Part shown: one piece after another, positions 1-9,243 of the stretch
Position numbering within the stretch: position 1 is the stretch's first letter
Layout: the number at the start of each line of letters is the position of its first letter
Virus record (IMG/VR): IMGVR_UViG_3300036770_007539
Span: 186,001 to 250,000 of that record
Length of the DNA stretch: 64,000 nucleotides
Direction: 5' to 3' (one strand)
Program-made: the position numbers and the translations under genes
Notes under the pieces: generated by a model
Seen by the model: the letters and a program-made list of their open reading frames with translations, nothing else
What the model was told of the DNA's origin: nothing
Databases searched by the model: none

Positions 1-1
1 T

Positions 2-1489
2 GAAAGAACGGGCAATGATACTTTTTCAAGAAAGCAGTTTATTCCCAGCTTTAGTTTAATTTCTAATACTGAATTAACGGATCTTCAAGTTACAACAGAT
101 CCTTTGGTGGTTGGAGCTGCTAAAGATGTCAACCCTAAAAAAAATCCAGTTTTGCTTAAAAACCAAAGTGTAATTGGTCTTGCTAAATCAAATATATTTT
201 GTATTTTGAATCCAGACCCAGATTTAATTACCAATAATTTGGTTGGATCTGTTTTAACTCCTAACCTTTTGTCTAGTAGTAAATTTAAAATTGTTAAAGT
301 TGATTTATGTACAGATGGGTATGGCGATGTAAATGGCGACGGTCAGATCGATTTGTCAGATGTTACTCTTGCGTCTTCTTTAATTGGCGAAAGTATATAT
401 TATCCTGTTACTCAGCAAAAAATTGTTGATGGATACATTAATACATTTGATCTGTTAAGGGCGGACGTGGATGGTGACGGATATATCACTACTAATGATA
501 TTGATTTACTAACTCAATACGTAAATAAATCAATTAATTCATTTCCTGCAGGCACATCATTTAATCATCTATGCCTTGAGCTTCAGCCATTAGTTGGGAG
601 ATACGATGGATACTTTGACTGCGGAGATGGATATGTAAGGGTAGATGGCTCCTCTTCTAATATAATTTCATCTAGTTTACTTAGTGAGTATGAGCTTTTA
701 TATGATGGATATTACATTCCATCTAATCTGGAATTAGATCCTGTATTTTCTACCGTTCCATTTGCAGGAGTTAATTATCAAATTGCTCCTAAGCCATTTT
801 GGCAAGATTGGCAAATAAACTTATCTTCTGATGCAAGACTAGTTCCGGCAGCGTTTACATATCTTGAAAGTTCGGAAACTTTTTCTTGTACTGAGACTGT
901 TGATACGGTGTGCGATTCTCAATATCAAGAAGCTCCAACAATAGACACTGGAAGAAATGACTTTTTTATTCCAAATAATTTATTAATTGGTAATGGTCAA
1001 ATTTTGAATGTTGATGGGTCGCATTTTAAACAAGACTTTGAAATTGCAACTATTGAGCTTAGACTTCCAGAAATTCCTTTAAATGAATCAAAAATTAATA
1101 TTTTTGAAAAATTTGTAGTGGACGTAGGCAGTGGTAAAACAGCTTCTGGATATCCGGCTATGAAATATTCTGATTGCTCAACAGTTCAAATAGAAGATTT
1201 GTTTTTAAATAAAGTTAAATTCAATGTTGCAGTTCAAGCCTTCTATAAAAACTTGGATGGATATGACGCAGATTTAGATGGGTATGTTGTCATTGAAGAT
1301 CCTACGATTGGCGTCCTAATAGATCATTCTACTGGCATTCTTACTTTAAATGCCAGCGATCTTGCCGAAGATACGGTCTTCAAATCATTAGTAACAAAGA
1401 TTTCAGTAACAGTATACTTAAAGAAGGCAGGGTGGAATAATAGACATCTTATTGTGACTTCGAATGAGATACAGGGATTACTCTCATAA
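2..1489 (+). CDS. Putative virion structural protein with dockerin-like (paired EF/F-hand) domain; 5'-truncated by window edge
   Basis: Frame is open from nt 2. Motifs GDVNGDGQIDLSDV and ADVDGDGYITTNDIDLL match the two Ca-binding repeats of type I dockerins; 8 DGY tripeptides. Confidence 0.6.
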   Translation, partial: ERTGNDTFSRKQFIPSFSLISNTELTDLQVTTDPLVVGAAKDVNPKKNPVLLKNQSVIGLAKSNIFCILNPDPDLITNNLVGSVLTPNLLSSSKFKIVKVDLCTDGYGDVNGDGQIDLSDVTLASSLIGESIYYPVTQQKIVDGYINTFDLLRADVDGDGYITTNDIDLLTQYVNKSINSFPAGTSFNHLCLELQPLVGRYDGYFDCGDGYVRVDGSSSNIISSSLLSEYELLYDGYYIPSNLELDPVFSTVPFAGVNYQIAPKPFWQDWQINLSSDARLVPAAFTYLESSETFSCTETVDTVCDSQYQEAPTIDTGRNDFFIPNNLLIGNGQILNVDGSHFKQDFEIATIELRLPEIPLNESKINIFEKFVVDVGSGKTASGYPAMKYSDCSTVQIEDLFLNKVKFNVAVQAFYKNLDGYDADLDGYVVIEDPTIGVLIDHSTGILTLNASDLAEDTVFKSLVTKISVTVYLKKAGWNNRHLIVTSNEIQGLLS

Positions 1490-1510
1490 TCTGCTGTTAT
1501 AGAAAGGCTC

Positions 1511-2605
1511 ATGCGAGTTAAAGTACAAGGATTTTTATTTGGTAAGTCTCATAGCTGGGCATATGTTAATCAAAATTTAGGCAGATCCTTGCTTAAATTG
1601 GGGCATGATGTAGAGTTCGTTTCCACAGATGGCAATGACCCCAAGCATACCCCAAATGATTTAAAACCGTTTATTAAATCATTTGGAATTGGCAATTATG
1701 ATATGCAAATATCTTATACTGCTATGATTAATTTTCCTCAATATTTATCTTCTGGAGATAAAAATAGATTTGGAATATGGTGCTATGAATTTCCAATTAT
1801 TCCAAAAGACTTTATTAAATATTATAAAAGCTGCGATAAAATTCTAGCTCCCAGTAATTTTGCCAAAGATATTTTTATTAATAATAAAGTTCCAGGAGAT
1901 AGTGTTGTAGTCGTTCCTCATGGTATTGATTTAGATGCATTTAATAATAAAAATAAATTTAAATTAAAAACCAATAAAAAAATAAAATTTTTAATTCCAT
2001 TAGGTCAGCCTCATATCAGAAAAGCAATCCCTGAAACCATTGAATCGTTCTATAAAGCATTTACAAATAAAGATGATGTTTGTTTGGTTGCAAAAATACC
2101 AAGTTCTTCTAAAGAAGAGTCCAAGCCTTTCGAGGTTGATGTTAAAAAAATAATTAATAAATTAAATGAAAAATATAGACAGCATCCAGAAATAGAATTA
2201 ATTACTGATTATGTTCCTGATATGGTTTCTTTATTTAATGCTTGCGATGTAGTATATTCATTGACACATGCTGAATGTTTTTTCATGCCAGCACTTGAGG
2301 GTTTTGCTGCTAACAAGTTGGTTGTTGTTCCAGGTCATGGTGGTCAATTAGATTTTTGCAATAATGAAAATAGCTTGCTGATTTCTGGAAAAGAAGTTAG
2401 GGCTCCAATGGAAGCTCAGTATTGGTCCCCATCTCCATTTAATTCTTATTTTGAAGCAAATCAAGAGCACGCAGTAGAAGCATTAAGAAGTGTTTACCGC
2501 TCTTATGATTCTATTTTAGAATCTAAAAAAGAATCTATGAAAAATACGGTTCAAAATTATACTTGGGATAATGCTATTAATTTAATCTTGAAAGAAGTTG
2601 TTTGA
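1511..2605 (+). CDS. Glycosyltransferase family 4 (GT-B)
   Basis: VVPHGID, RKAI, ECFFMPALEG (EGFGLPxLEA-like) motifs. Confidence 0.9.
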   Translation: MRVKVQGFLFGKSHSWAYVNQNLGRSLLKLGHDVEFVSTDGNDPKHTPNDLKPFIKSFGIGNYDMQISYTAMINFPQYLSSGDKNRFGIWCYEFPIIPKDFIKYYKSCDKILAPSNFAKDIFINNKVPGDSVVVVPHGIDLDAFNNKNKFKLKTNKKIKFLIPLGQPHIRKAIPETIESFYKAFTNKDDVCLVAKIPSSSKEESKPFEVDVKKIINKLNEKYRQHPEIELITDYVPDMVSLFNACDVVYSLTHAECFFMPALEGFAANKLVVVPGHGGQLDFCNNENSLLISGKEVRAPMEAQYWSPSPFNSYFEANQEHAVEALRSVYRSYDSILESKKESMKNTVQNYTWDNAINLILKEVV

Positions 2606-3288
2606 TGTTGGTAAGTATTATAATACCTGTATTTAATCAAGTTTCTTTTACTCAGAAATGTATAAAAGACTTATTACAATTAAAAGTAGAAAATGAAATT
2701 ATAGTTATTGATAATAATAGCACAGATGGAACTGATTCTTTTTTTTCAAGTTTAAGCAGTAAAAATTTAAAATATTTAAAATTAAACAGTAATGTTGGAT
2801 TTGGAGCAGCTAATAATATAGGCGTGGAAAATTCTTCTGGTAAAAATTTATTATTTTTAAATAATGATGTTTGTGTTTTAAAAGATAAAGACAGTTGGAT
2901 TGATCCATTATTAAATCTTTGCCAAGATAGATTGTTGTCTTCTCAGTCAGGGTTGTTAGATTTTAATTTTAATTTTGTTAAAGAAGTATCTGACCCTCAT
3001 GTTTTAAAAAATTCTTTTGAGTATTTAAGTGGTTGGTCTTTGTTGGGATCTAGGGAGTTATTTAATCAAATCTCTCAAGAGGAAGGCGTGATATGGTCAA
3101 AAAAATATTTTGCATATTTTGAAGATGCTCATCTTAGCTGGAAGGCAAGAGATTTAAAAATACCAATGGAAGTAGTTAAAACTCCACTTCATCATTTTGG
3201 AAGAATTACTTCGAGTAAAATGGGTCTATCTAAAATGTATCAAGATTCTTATAAGATTTTTTCTAATTATTGGAAAAGTAAAAAATGA
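2602..3288 (+). CDS. Glycosyltransferase family 2
   Basis: VSIIIPVFN, IDNNSTDGT, GFGAANN, LNND, YFED. Confidence 0.9.
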   Translation: MMLVSIIIPVFNQVSFTQKCIKDLLQLKVENEIIVIDNNSTDGTDSFFSSLSSKNLKYLKLNSNVGFGAANNIGVENSSGKNLLFLNNDVCVLKDKDSWIDPLLNLCQDRLLSSQSGLLDFNFNFVKEVSDPHVLKNSFEYLSGWSLLGSRELFNQISQEEGVIWSKKYFAYFEDAHLSWKARDLKIPMEVVKTPLHHFGRITSSKMGLSKMYQDSYKIFSNYWKSKK

Positions 3289-4094
3289 AATTGCACATAT
3301 TAACTTTAACATGGAATGGCTCTTTTCTATTACAAAGATTAGCTCCAGGACTATTAAACAATGTAAAACATGCAAATATTGATTATCATTGGTATGTCCG
3401 CAGTAATGGATGCAAAGATGATTCTATTGATTATCTAAATTCTTTAGAAGAAAAAATTTCTATCTTAAAAAAAGATCATAATAGAGAAAATTTTTCTCAA
3501 GGAGTAAATTCTCTAGCAAATTTAGCCAGAGACAACATTTCAGATGGAGACCTGTTTTTGTTATTAAACAATGACATCTCTTTTAAAGATCCTTTTTCAT
3601 TAAAAAATGTTATTGATTTATATTTAAAATATAATCCTGGAATAGTAGGAGCTAAGTTAAATTATACGAATTCAAATAAGCTTCAACATGCTGGGGTTAT
3701 TTTTTCTACTAAGTATGGCAACATGCCTTGGCATTTTCGAGCAGGCGAAGAAGAGGATGAAGAATCTAAAAAGAATAGATATTTTCAAGCTGTTACTGCT
3801 GCTTTTATGATAACTCCATGCAAATTATTTTTTGAAGCGGGCATGCTGGATGAAAAATTCAATTGGGCATTTGAAGATATTGCTTATAACTTAAAAATTT
3901 CTAATATGGGTCATAAAATAATTTATTGTGGTAATACTCATATAGATCATGGAGAGTCAGTTTCTTTAAAAAAGAATCCAGTAAATAAACTCATGATAGA
4001 CTCAAATGTAAAACATTTTAAAAATAATTATGGGAATCTTTATAAGATAGATCATGATTTGTATTTGAATAATAAAAATTATGGACTAATATGA
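3285..4094 (+). CDS. Glycosyltransferase family 2
   Basis: LLLNND, LQHAGV, AVTAAF, FED, HGES motifs. Confidence 0.88.
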   Translation: MKLHILTLTWNGSFLLQRLAPGLLNNVKHANIDYHWYVRSNGCKDDSIDYLNSLEEKISILKKDHNRENFSQGVNSLANLARDNISDGDLFLLLNNDISFKDPFSLKNVIDLYLKYNPGIVGAKLNYTNSNKLQHAGVIFSTKYGNMPWHFRAGEEEDEESKKNRYFQAVTAAFMITPCKLFFEAGMLDEKFNWAFEDIAYNLKISNMGHKIIYCGNTHIDHGESVSLKKNPVNKLMIDSNVKHFKNNYGNLYKIDHDLYLNNKNYGLI

Positions 4095-5068
4095 AAACTT
4101 TATGCTTGCCCTACTGCCCTGGTATTCCTTGGAATATTAATGACCAAGAAGTTATTGTTAGGAAATTAAATGGAGACCCGCAAGCACTGTTAACAAAAGA
4201 TTTAAATATCGTATGTCATGGTGGCTTACTAGAATCTTTTATTTCAACATTTGCTATAGAATATTTAAAATATAAACATCCATATAAAAAAATTATTTGG
4301 CACGGGAGTCAAGAATTTAAGCACGTAATTGATTATCAAGGAATAGCTACTTATTCAAATGAAATTACTTCTGAAGTGGCTAATTCTTATCCTATACATT
4401 TCTTTAAAGACAAAGAGAACAATACTTATTTTAATTTATTAGATAATTATTTGGATTATCATACTTATCTTGGGAAAAAGATTAAAAAAAATAAAATGAA
4501 CTTCATTGATACTTTTAACAAGAATTTTATGTTGGAAAATTTAATGAAGCATAAACTGCAGTGTAGAAATAAGCCAGAAGATTTAGAATTTATATCTTGG
4601 TGTAATTTAAATAAAAACATATTAAATAAGCCCTATGTTGTCATTCTCCCAGACAGACTGACTACATCTATGCATCATCTAGATTTTATGAATTTTTCTA
4701 TGATGGAATTAAGAGGACTTACATCAGTATTGAATTCTAAGGGGATTCAAGTTATTATTATGTCTAACGATCCCTCTAAGTATTATGGAAATTTTAAGTT
4801 TATAAAATATTCTTTTGCAAGGTTTTTATCTTTGGCAGTAAATTCTAAGATTGTTTTGTCAAGACAGCCCGACTTTTCATTAATAGCATTAATGATTTCT
4901 AGAGCAAATGTATATTCTTATATGATTCGACACATGCCAAAAATCAAATTAAAGCCATCTATTCGAAGAATAAAAGGCAGAATAGATCCAGATTGGAAGT
5001 ATCTAAAGAGACAAAATACTATTCCTTTATTAATAGAAGACATTACTAGGAGAATTTATGAGCGCTAA
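4091..5068 (+). CDS. Hypothetical protein, possibly divergent GT9/heptosyltransferase-like fold
   Basis: Weak resemblance (HGGLLES, KYKHP, PYVVILP) and position in a GT operon. Confidence 0.35.
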   Translation: MKTLCLPYCPGIPWNINDQEVIVRKLNGDPQALLTKDLNIVCHGGLLESFISTFAIEYLKYKHPYKKIIWHGSQEFKHVIDYQGIATYSNEITSEVANSYPIHFFKDKENNTYFNLLDNYLDYHTYLGKKIKKNKMNFIDTFNKNFMLENLMKHKLQCRNKPEDLEFISWCNLNKNILNKPYVVILPDRLTTSMHHLDFMNFSMMELRGLTSVLNSKGIQVIIMSNDPSKYYGNFKFIKYSFARFLSLAVNSKIVLSRQPDFSLIALMISRANVYSYMIRHMPKIKLKPSIRRIKGRIDPDWKYLKRQNTIPLLIEDITRRIYER

Positions 5069-5837
5069 ATTATTAATGGTAACTTATAATAGGTTGGAAT
5101 TAACCAAGAAAACTTTAGATAATATTTTCAAAGTTACTAACTTTCCATTTGAATTGGTTATTGTTGACAATGCTTCTTCTGATGAAACGGTATCATACTT
5201 AAAAGAAATTCTTCCTAATAAATCTTTGAATGATAATTATATTGGAGCCAAGTTATTATGCAACTCAAATAACTTGGGAATAGCCATAGGTAGAAATCAG
5301 ACAATGCTATTAGCTGGTAATTCTGATTGGTACGCAACCCTAGATAATGACGTTCTCCTCCCAGAAGGATGGCTAAAAAAATGCATAGATATAATGACTT
5401 TAAATGCTAAGTATGGTATGATTGGAGTTAATTTTGAAAGCGTTAAGTATCCATTAGTAGATGTTGGACCATATAAAGTTCAGCACAAGAAAGAGGGAAA
5501 CTTAGGAACTGCTTGCATGGTTTTTTCTAAAAAAGTTCATAAAATGATTGGATTCTTTAATGATAAAGATTATGGAAAGTATGGGCTAGAGGATAGTGAT
5601 TATGGATTTAGGACAAGAGTTGCAGGGTTTCAATTGGGATATTTGGAAGATGAAGGTGTTCATTTAGGAGAAGATTCGGCAGATAAAGGCGAATATAGAA
5701 AGTTTAAAACTGAAGAACATAATAAATATTTGCAAAAATTTTATGGTAACTGTAAATTATATTATAATAACTCAAAACCCATCTATTTAAAAATAGACAA
5801 AGAAAAATATCAATTAGATAATATTTTAGAGTTTTAA
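5058..5837 (+). CDS. Glycosyltransferase family 2
   Basis: VTYNR, VDNASSDET, GIAIGRN, LDND, GLEDSDY. Confidence 0.9.
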   Translation: MSAKLLMVTYNRLELTKKTLDNIFKVTNFPFELVIVDNASSDETVSYLKEILPNKSLNDNYIGAKLLCNSNNLGIAIGRNQTMLLAGNSDWYATLDNDVLLPEGWLKKCIDIMTLNAKYGMIGVNFESVKYPLVDVGPYKVQHKKEGNLGTACMVFSKKVHKMIGFFNDKDYGKYGLEDSDYGFRTRVAGFQLGYLEDEGVHLGEDSADKGEYRKFKTEEHNKYLQKFYGNCKLYYNNSKPIYLKIDKEKYQLDNILEF

Positions 5838-8527
5838 TGATATCTGAATATTTTTATGAAGATTTGAAATTCGTATGTGCCTCTGCCGTATCTTGTAAAT
5901 ATAATAAAGAATATATATTAGAGCCTAGATACGGCAAGGTTAATTTCAATTTTATTGAAAAATTTACTTATATAAATTTATTCTTTAAAAGAATTTCTGG
6001 AAATGGAAAAATATTAATTAATAATGTTCCATATGTTATTTCTTCTAAAAGTTCTGATGTGAAAAGCATTTCAGCCAATGATGGCAATATTTTTATATCC
6101 AGACCCATTGATTCTATTGGCGAAGTGGCAATTTTTGGTATAGAACTATATTTGCAAGAAGGAAGTGATATAATGAATTGGAAGTCTTTAGTTAAGAAGT
6201 TGTCTGATTATCGTGGGCTATCATTAATAAATAATGAATTGCTGGCAAAAGAAAATGCTTATATTAGCCCAGCCAGCAGAGTAACTGATATTGTGACTTT
6301 GCCAGAAAATGTTTCGGTTGTTAAAGATGATAAAATTTATTTTAAATATCCTTGTAAAATTTTGCAACTAACATTACAGGATGATCAAGCTTCTAATTCA
6401 AATATTAATATTTTTCCGCCAAGAGAATCTCCAAGTCCTTCAGTTATAAACTTTAATAAAACTGATGATTTAACTTTAAATAGTCAGCAAAACAATATTC
6501 AAGTTATGAATTTTAAATCAACAAACAATCAAAATAATAAAGAAAAAGATCAAATTCTTCGCATCGTTTATGACTCATCGGCTAGTGGTGTAATTAATTC
6601 AAATACTATTAAAAATAATGAAAAATTATTAAAGTTCTCTCATGTTAATGAGAAGAATTATATTTTTATTAAAGCAGGGGGAACGCTGACCCTTCCCTTA
6701 TCGAGCATTGATCATGGAAAAAAATATATTTTAATAATTAATGCCAAGAAGGTTAGTGGTAACGGAAAGGCTCAGATAACTACTTCTTTAGATCAGCATT
6801 TTGATTTTGTTGTATCTAATTCATTTCAAGATAAAAATTTTAATTTTAGTTCTTTTAATTTATCTAAAGAGTATGACATATTTAAATTATCAATTTCTAT
6901 GCCTAATACTTCTTTCGGAGAAATTGTTATTTCTAGAATCATGATTTTAGAAGACTTTAATCAGGACAACCTAACTCTTTTAAATAGCGCTCACAGCCCT
7001 GGCAAGCAAACATATGCTCTTCAAAACAGTTCATATAATAAATTAAATAAAAATAAAAAATTTGTTATTGTTATTCCTAGTTATAAAAATCAAGAATGGG
7101 CAGAGAAAAACATTTTATCGGCATTAAATCAAAATTATTCAGATTTTAGAGTTCTTTTTACTGATGATTGCTCTCCTGATAATACTTTTGATGTTGTAAA
7201 AAAAGCTGCAGAAAATCATCCAAATAAAAATAAATCTGTTATTGTAAAAAATGAAGTTCGTAAAGGGGCTTTAGAAAATCTCTATAATATGATTCATTCC
7301 TGTGATGACGATGAAATTATATTAACATTGGACGGTGATGACTGGCTAGCAAGTCCAGAAGTATTAAATATTTTAAATAGTCATTATTCTGATGATATAT
7401 GGATGACTTATGGTCAGTATCAAAATTATCCAGATGGAGGAAGGGGAATTGCCCAACTAATACCAGACCAAGTTATAAAAAATAAAACTTATAGAAGCCA
7501 TACTTGGTGTTCTTCTCACTTAAGAACTTTTTATGCTTGGCTATTTAAAGAAATTAAAAAAGAAGATTTATTTTATGAAGGCAGGTTTATGGCAATGACC
7601 TGGGACATGGCTATGATGTTTCCAATGTTAGAAATGTCTGGTCACAGATCTAGATTTATAAGCGATTATTTATACATATATAATTTAGTAAATCCAATCA
7701 ACGATCATAAAGTTAATCAAAAATTACAACAAAAGCTAGATAGGCTGGTTAGAAACATGCCTAAATATTCTCTTCTCAACAGAGAGCCATCGCATGTATT
7801 GGAGAACAGAATTAAAAATAAAAATAAAATAGGATTATTAATAATTGCAACCGGCAAGTACGACCAATTTATTTCTCAATTAGTTGAATCTGCTGACAAG
7901 TATTATTTTAATGATTCAAGATTTGATGTAACGTATTTTATTTTTACTGATAAGCAAGTTTCATTAAATACTTTAAGAAATTATAAAGTAATTAATATAC
8001 AGCATCGAGGATTCCCCTATGCTAGTATGGACAGGTTCAAACATTTTACAAATAATTCTGAAGAATTATCTAAAATGGATTATTTATATTATGTAGACGT
8101 TGATTGTAAGTTTGTAGATCACGTCTCTGCTGAGACCTTGGGAGAATTAGTTGGGGTTCGTCATTGTGGTTATTTTAATGGCGGTGGCACGTTTGAAGAA
8201 AATAAAAATTCTGTATTTTATGAAAATCCCCAAAAATATAAATATTATTTTGGAGGAGGATTCAGCGGAGGAAAAGCCTCTTCTTATTTAGAATTGTCAA
8301 AATGGTGTTATGAAATGATAGAAAGAGATTTATCAAATAATATAATTCCAACCTGGCATGATGAAACAGCTTTAAATAGATACTTCTTAGATCACGAGCC
8401 TGAAATTGTATTAACTCCCAGCTATCACTATCCAGAAAATTATTCAAATTATATTGCAAAATGGAGACCCCATAAATTTACTCCTAAAATTATGCTCTTA
8501 GAAAAAAATCATAAGGAAGTAAGATGA
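5837..8527 (+). CDS. Multidomain glycosyltransferase: duplicated N-terminal beta-rich domain + GT2 + GT6 (ABO-type alpha-1,3-Gal/GalNAc transferase)
   Basis: GT2 part: IVIPSY, DDCSPD, LDGDDW. GT6 part: IGLLIIATGKY, YFIFTD, DVD, YYFGGGFSGG, WHDETALNRYF, LTPSY, LEKNH. Confidence 0.88.
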   Translation: MISEYFYEDLKFVCASAVSCKYNKEYILEPRYGKVNFNFIEKFTYINLFFKRISGNGKILINNVPYVISSKSSDVKSISANDGNIFISRPIDSIGEVAIFGIELYLQEGSDIMNWKSLVKKLSDYRGLSLINNELLAKENAYISPASRVTDIVTLPENVSVVKDDKIYFKYPCKILQLTLQDDQASNSNINIFPPRESPSPSVINFNKTDDLTLNSQQNNIQVMNFKSTNNQNNKEKDQILRIVYDSSASGVINSNTIKNNEKLLKFSHVNEKNYIFIKAGGTLTLPLSSIDHGKKYILIINAKKVSGNGKAQITTSLDQHFDFVVSNSFQDKNFNFSSFNLSKEYDIFKLSISMPNTSFGEIVISRIMILEDFNQDNLTLLNSAHSPGKQTYALQNSSYNKLNKNKKFVIVIPSYKNQEWAEKNILSALNQNYSDFRVLFTDDCSPDNTFDVVKKAAENHPNKNKSVIVKNEVRKGALENLYNMIHSCDDDEIILTLDGDDWLASPEVLNILNSHYSDDIWMTYGQYQNYPDGGRGIAQLIPDQVIKNKTYRSHTWCSSHLRTFYAWLFKEIKKEDLFYEGRFMAMTWDMAMMFPMLEMSGHRSRFISDYLYIYNLVNPINDHKVNQKLQQKLDRLVRNMPKYSLLNREPSHVLENRIKNKNKIGLLIIATGKYDQFISQLVESADKYYFNDSRFDVTYFIFTDKQVSLNTLRNYKVINIQHRGFPYASMDRFKHFTNNSEELSKMDYLYYVDVDCKFVDHVSAETLGELVGVRHCGYFNGGGTFEENKNSVFYENPQKYKYYFGGGFSGGKASSYLELSKWCYEMIERDLSNNIIPTWHDETALNRYFLDHEPEIVLTPSYHYPENYSNYIAKWRPHKFTPKIMLLEKNHKEVR

Positions 8528-9243
8528 TTACTTTCAGTCAGCTTGGTCAGTGGGGAAGACTAGGCAATCAATTATTTGAAGTAGCAACTACTGTCGGATT
8601 AGCCTTAAGAGTTAAAGAATCTTATGGATTTCCTGAATGGGAATATTCAAAGCATTGTAACTTACAGAACTGTTATTATGATAATTTAAAAATTACAAAC
8701 ATATATCATGAACCATTTTTTCATTATAAAAAAATAGACAATAAAAATAATAACTTAGATCTAAGAGGGTATTTTCAAAGCTACAAGTATTTTGATGATT
8801 ATAAATATTTTATTTTAGATGCTTTAGTTCCCAATTTAAATTTAAATCCAGAATCTGATTTATGTGGGATTCATGTTAGAAAGGGAGATTATATAAATTT
8901 AAAAGATTGCTATCAACAACTAGACATGAATTATTATAATCAAGCTATAGAAGAAATAAAATCTGATAGATATATTATATTCTCAGATGACATTGAATGG
9001 TGTAAAAAAAATTTTATTGGTGATAAATTTCAATTTTCTCAGGGCAGAGAGCCACATGAAGATTTAGCAATTATGGCAAAACAGTGTGATAATATGATTA
9101 TTGCAAATTCTTCGTTTTCATGGTGGGGAGCTTATTTAAATACAAATTTTAACAAAAAAATTATTGCGCCTAAAAAATGGTTTGGTCCAAAATTACCGCA
9201 TGATACCAGTGATTTATTGCCAAAAGAATGGATTGTTATATGA
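8524..9243 (+). CDS. Alpha-1,2-fucosyltransferase (GT11)
   Basis: GRLGNQLF, GYFQS, HVRKGDY, FSDD, ANSSFSWWGAYL are the GT11 signatures. Confidence 0.93.
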   Translation: MITFSQLGQWGRLGNQLFEVATTVGLALRVKESYGFPEWEYSKHCNLQNCYYDNLKITNIYHEPFFHYKKIDNKNNNLDLRGYFQSYKYFDDYKYFILDALVPNLNLNPESDLCGIHVRKGDYINLKDCYQQLDMNYYNQAIEEIKSDRYIIFSDDIEWCKKNFIGDKFQFSQGREPHEDLAIMAKQCDNMIIANSSFSWWGAYLNTNFNKKIIAPKKWFGPKLPHDTSDLLPKEWIVI

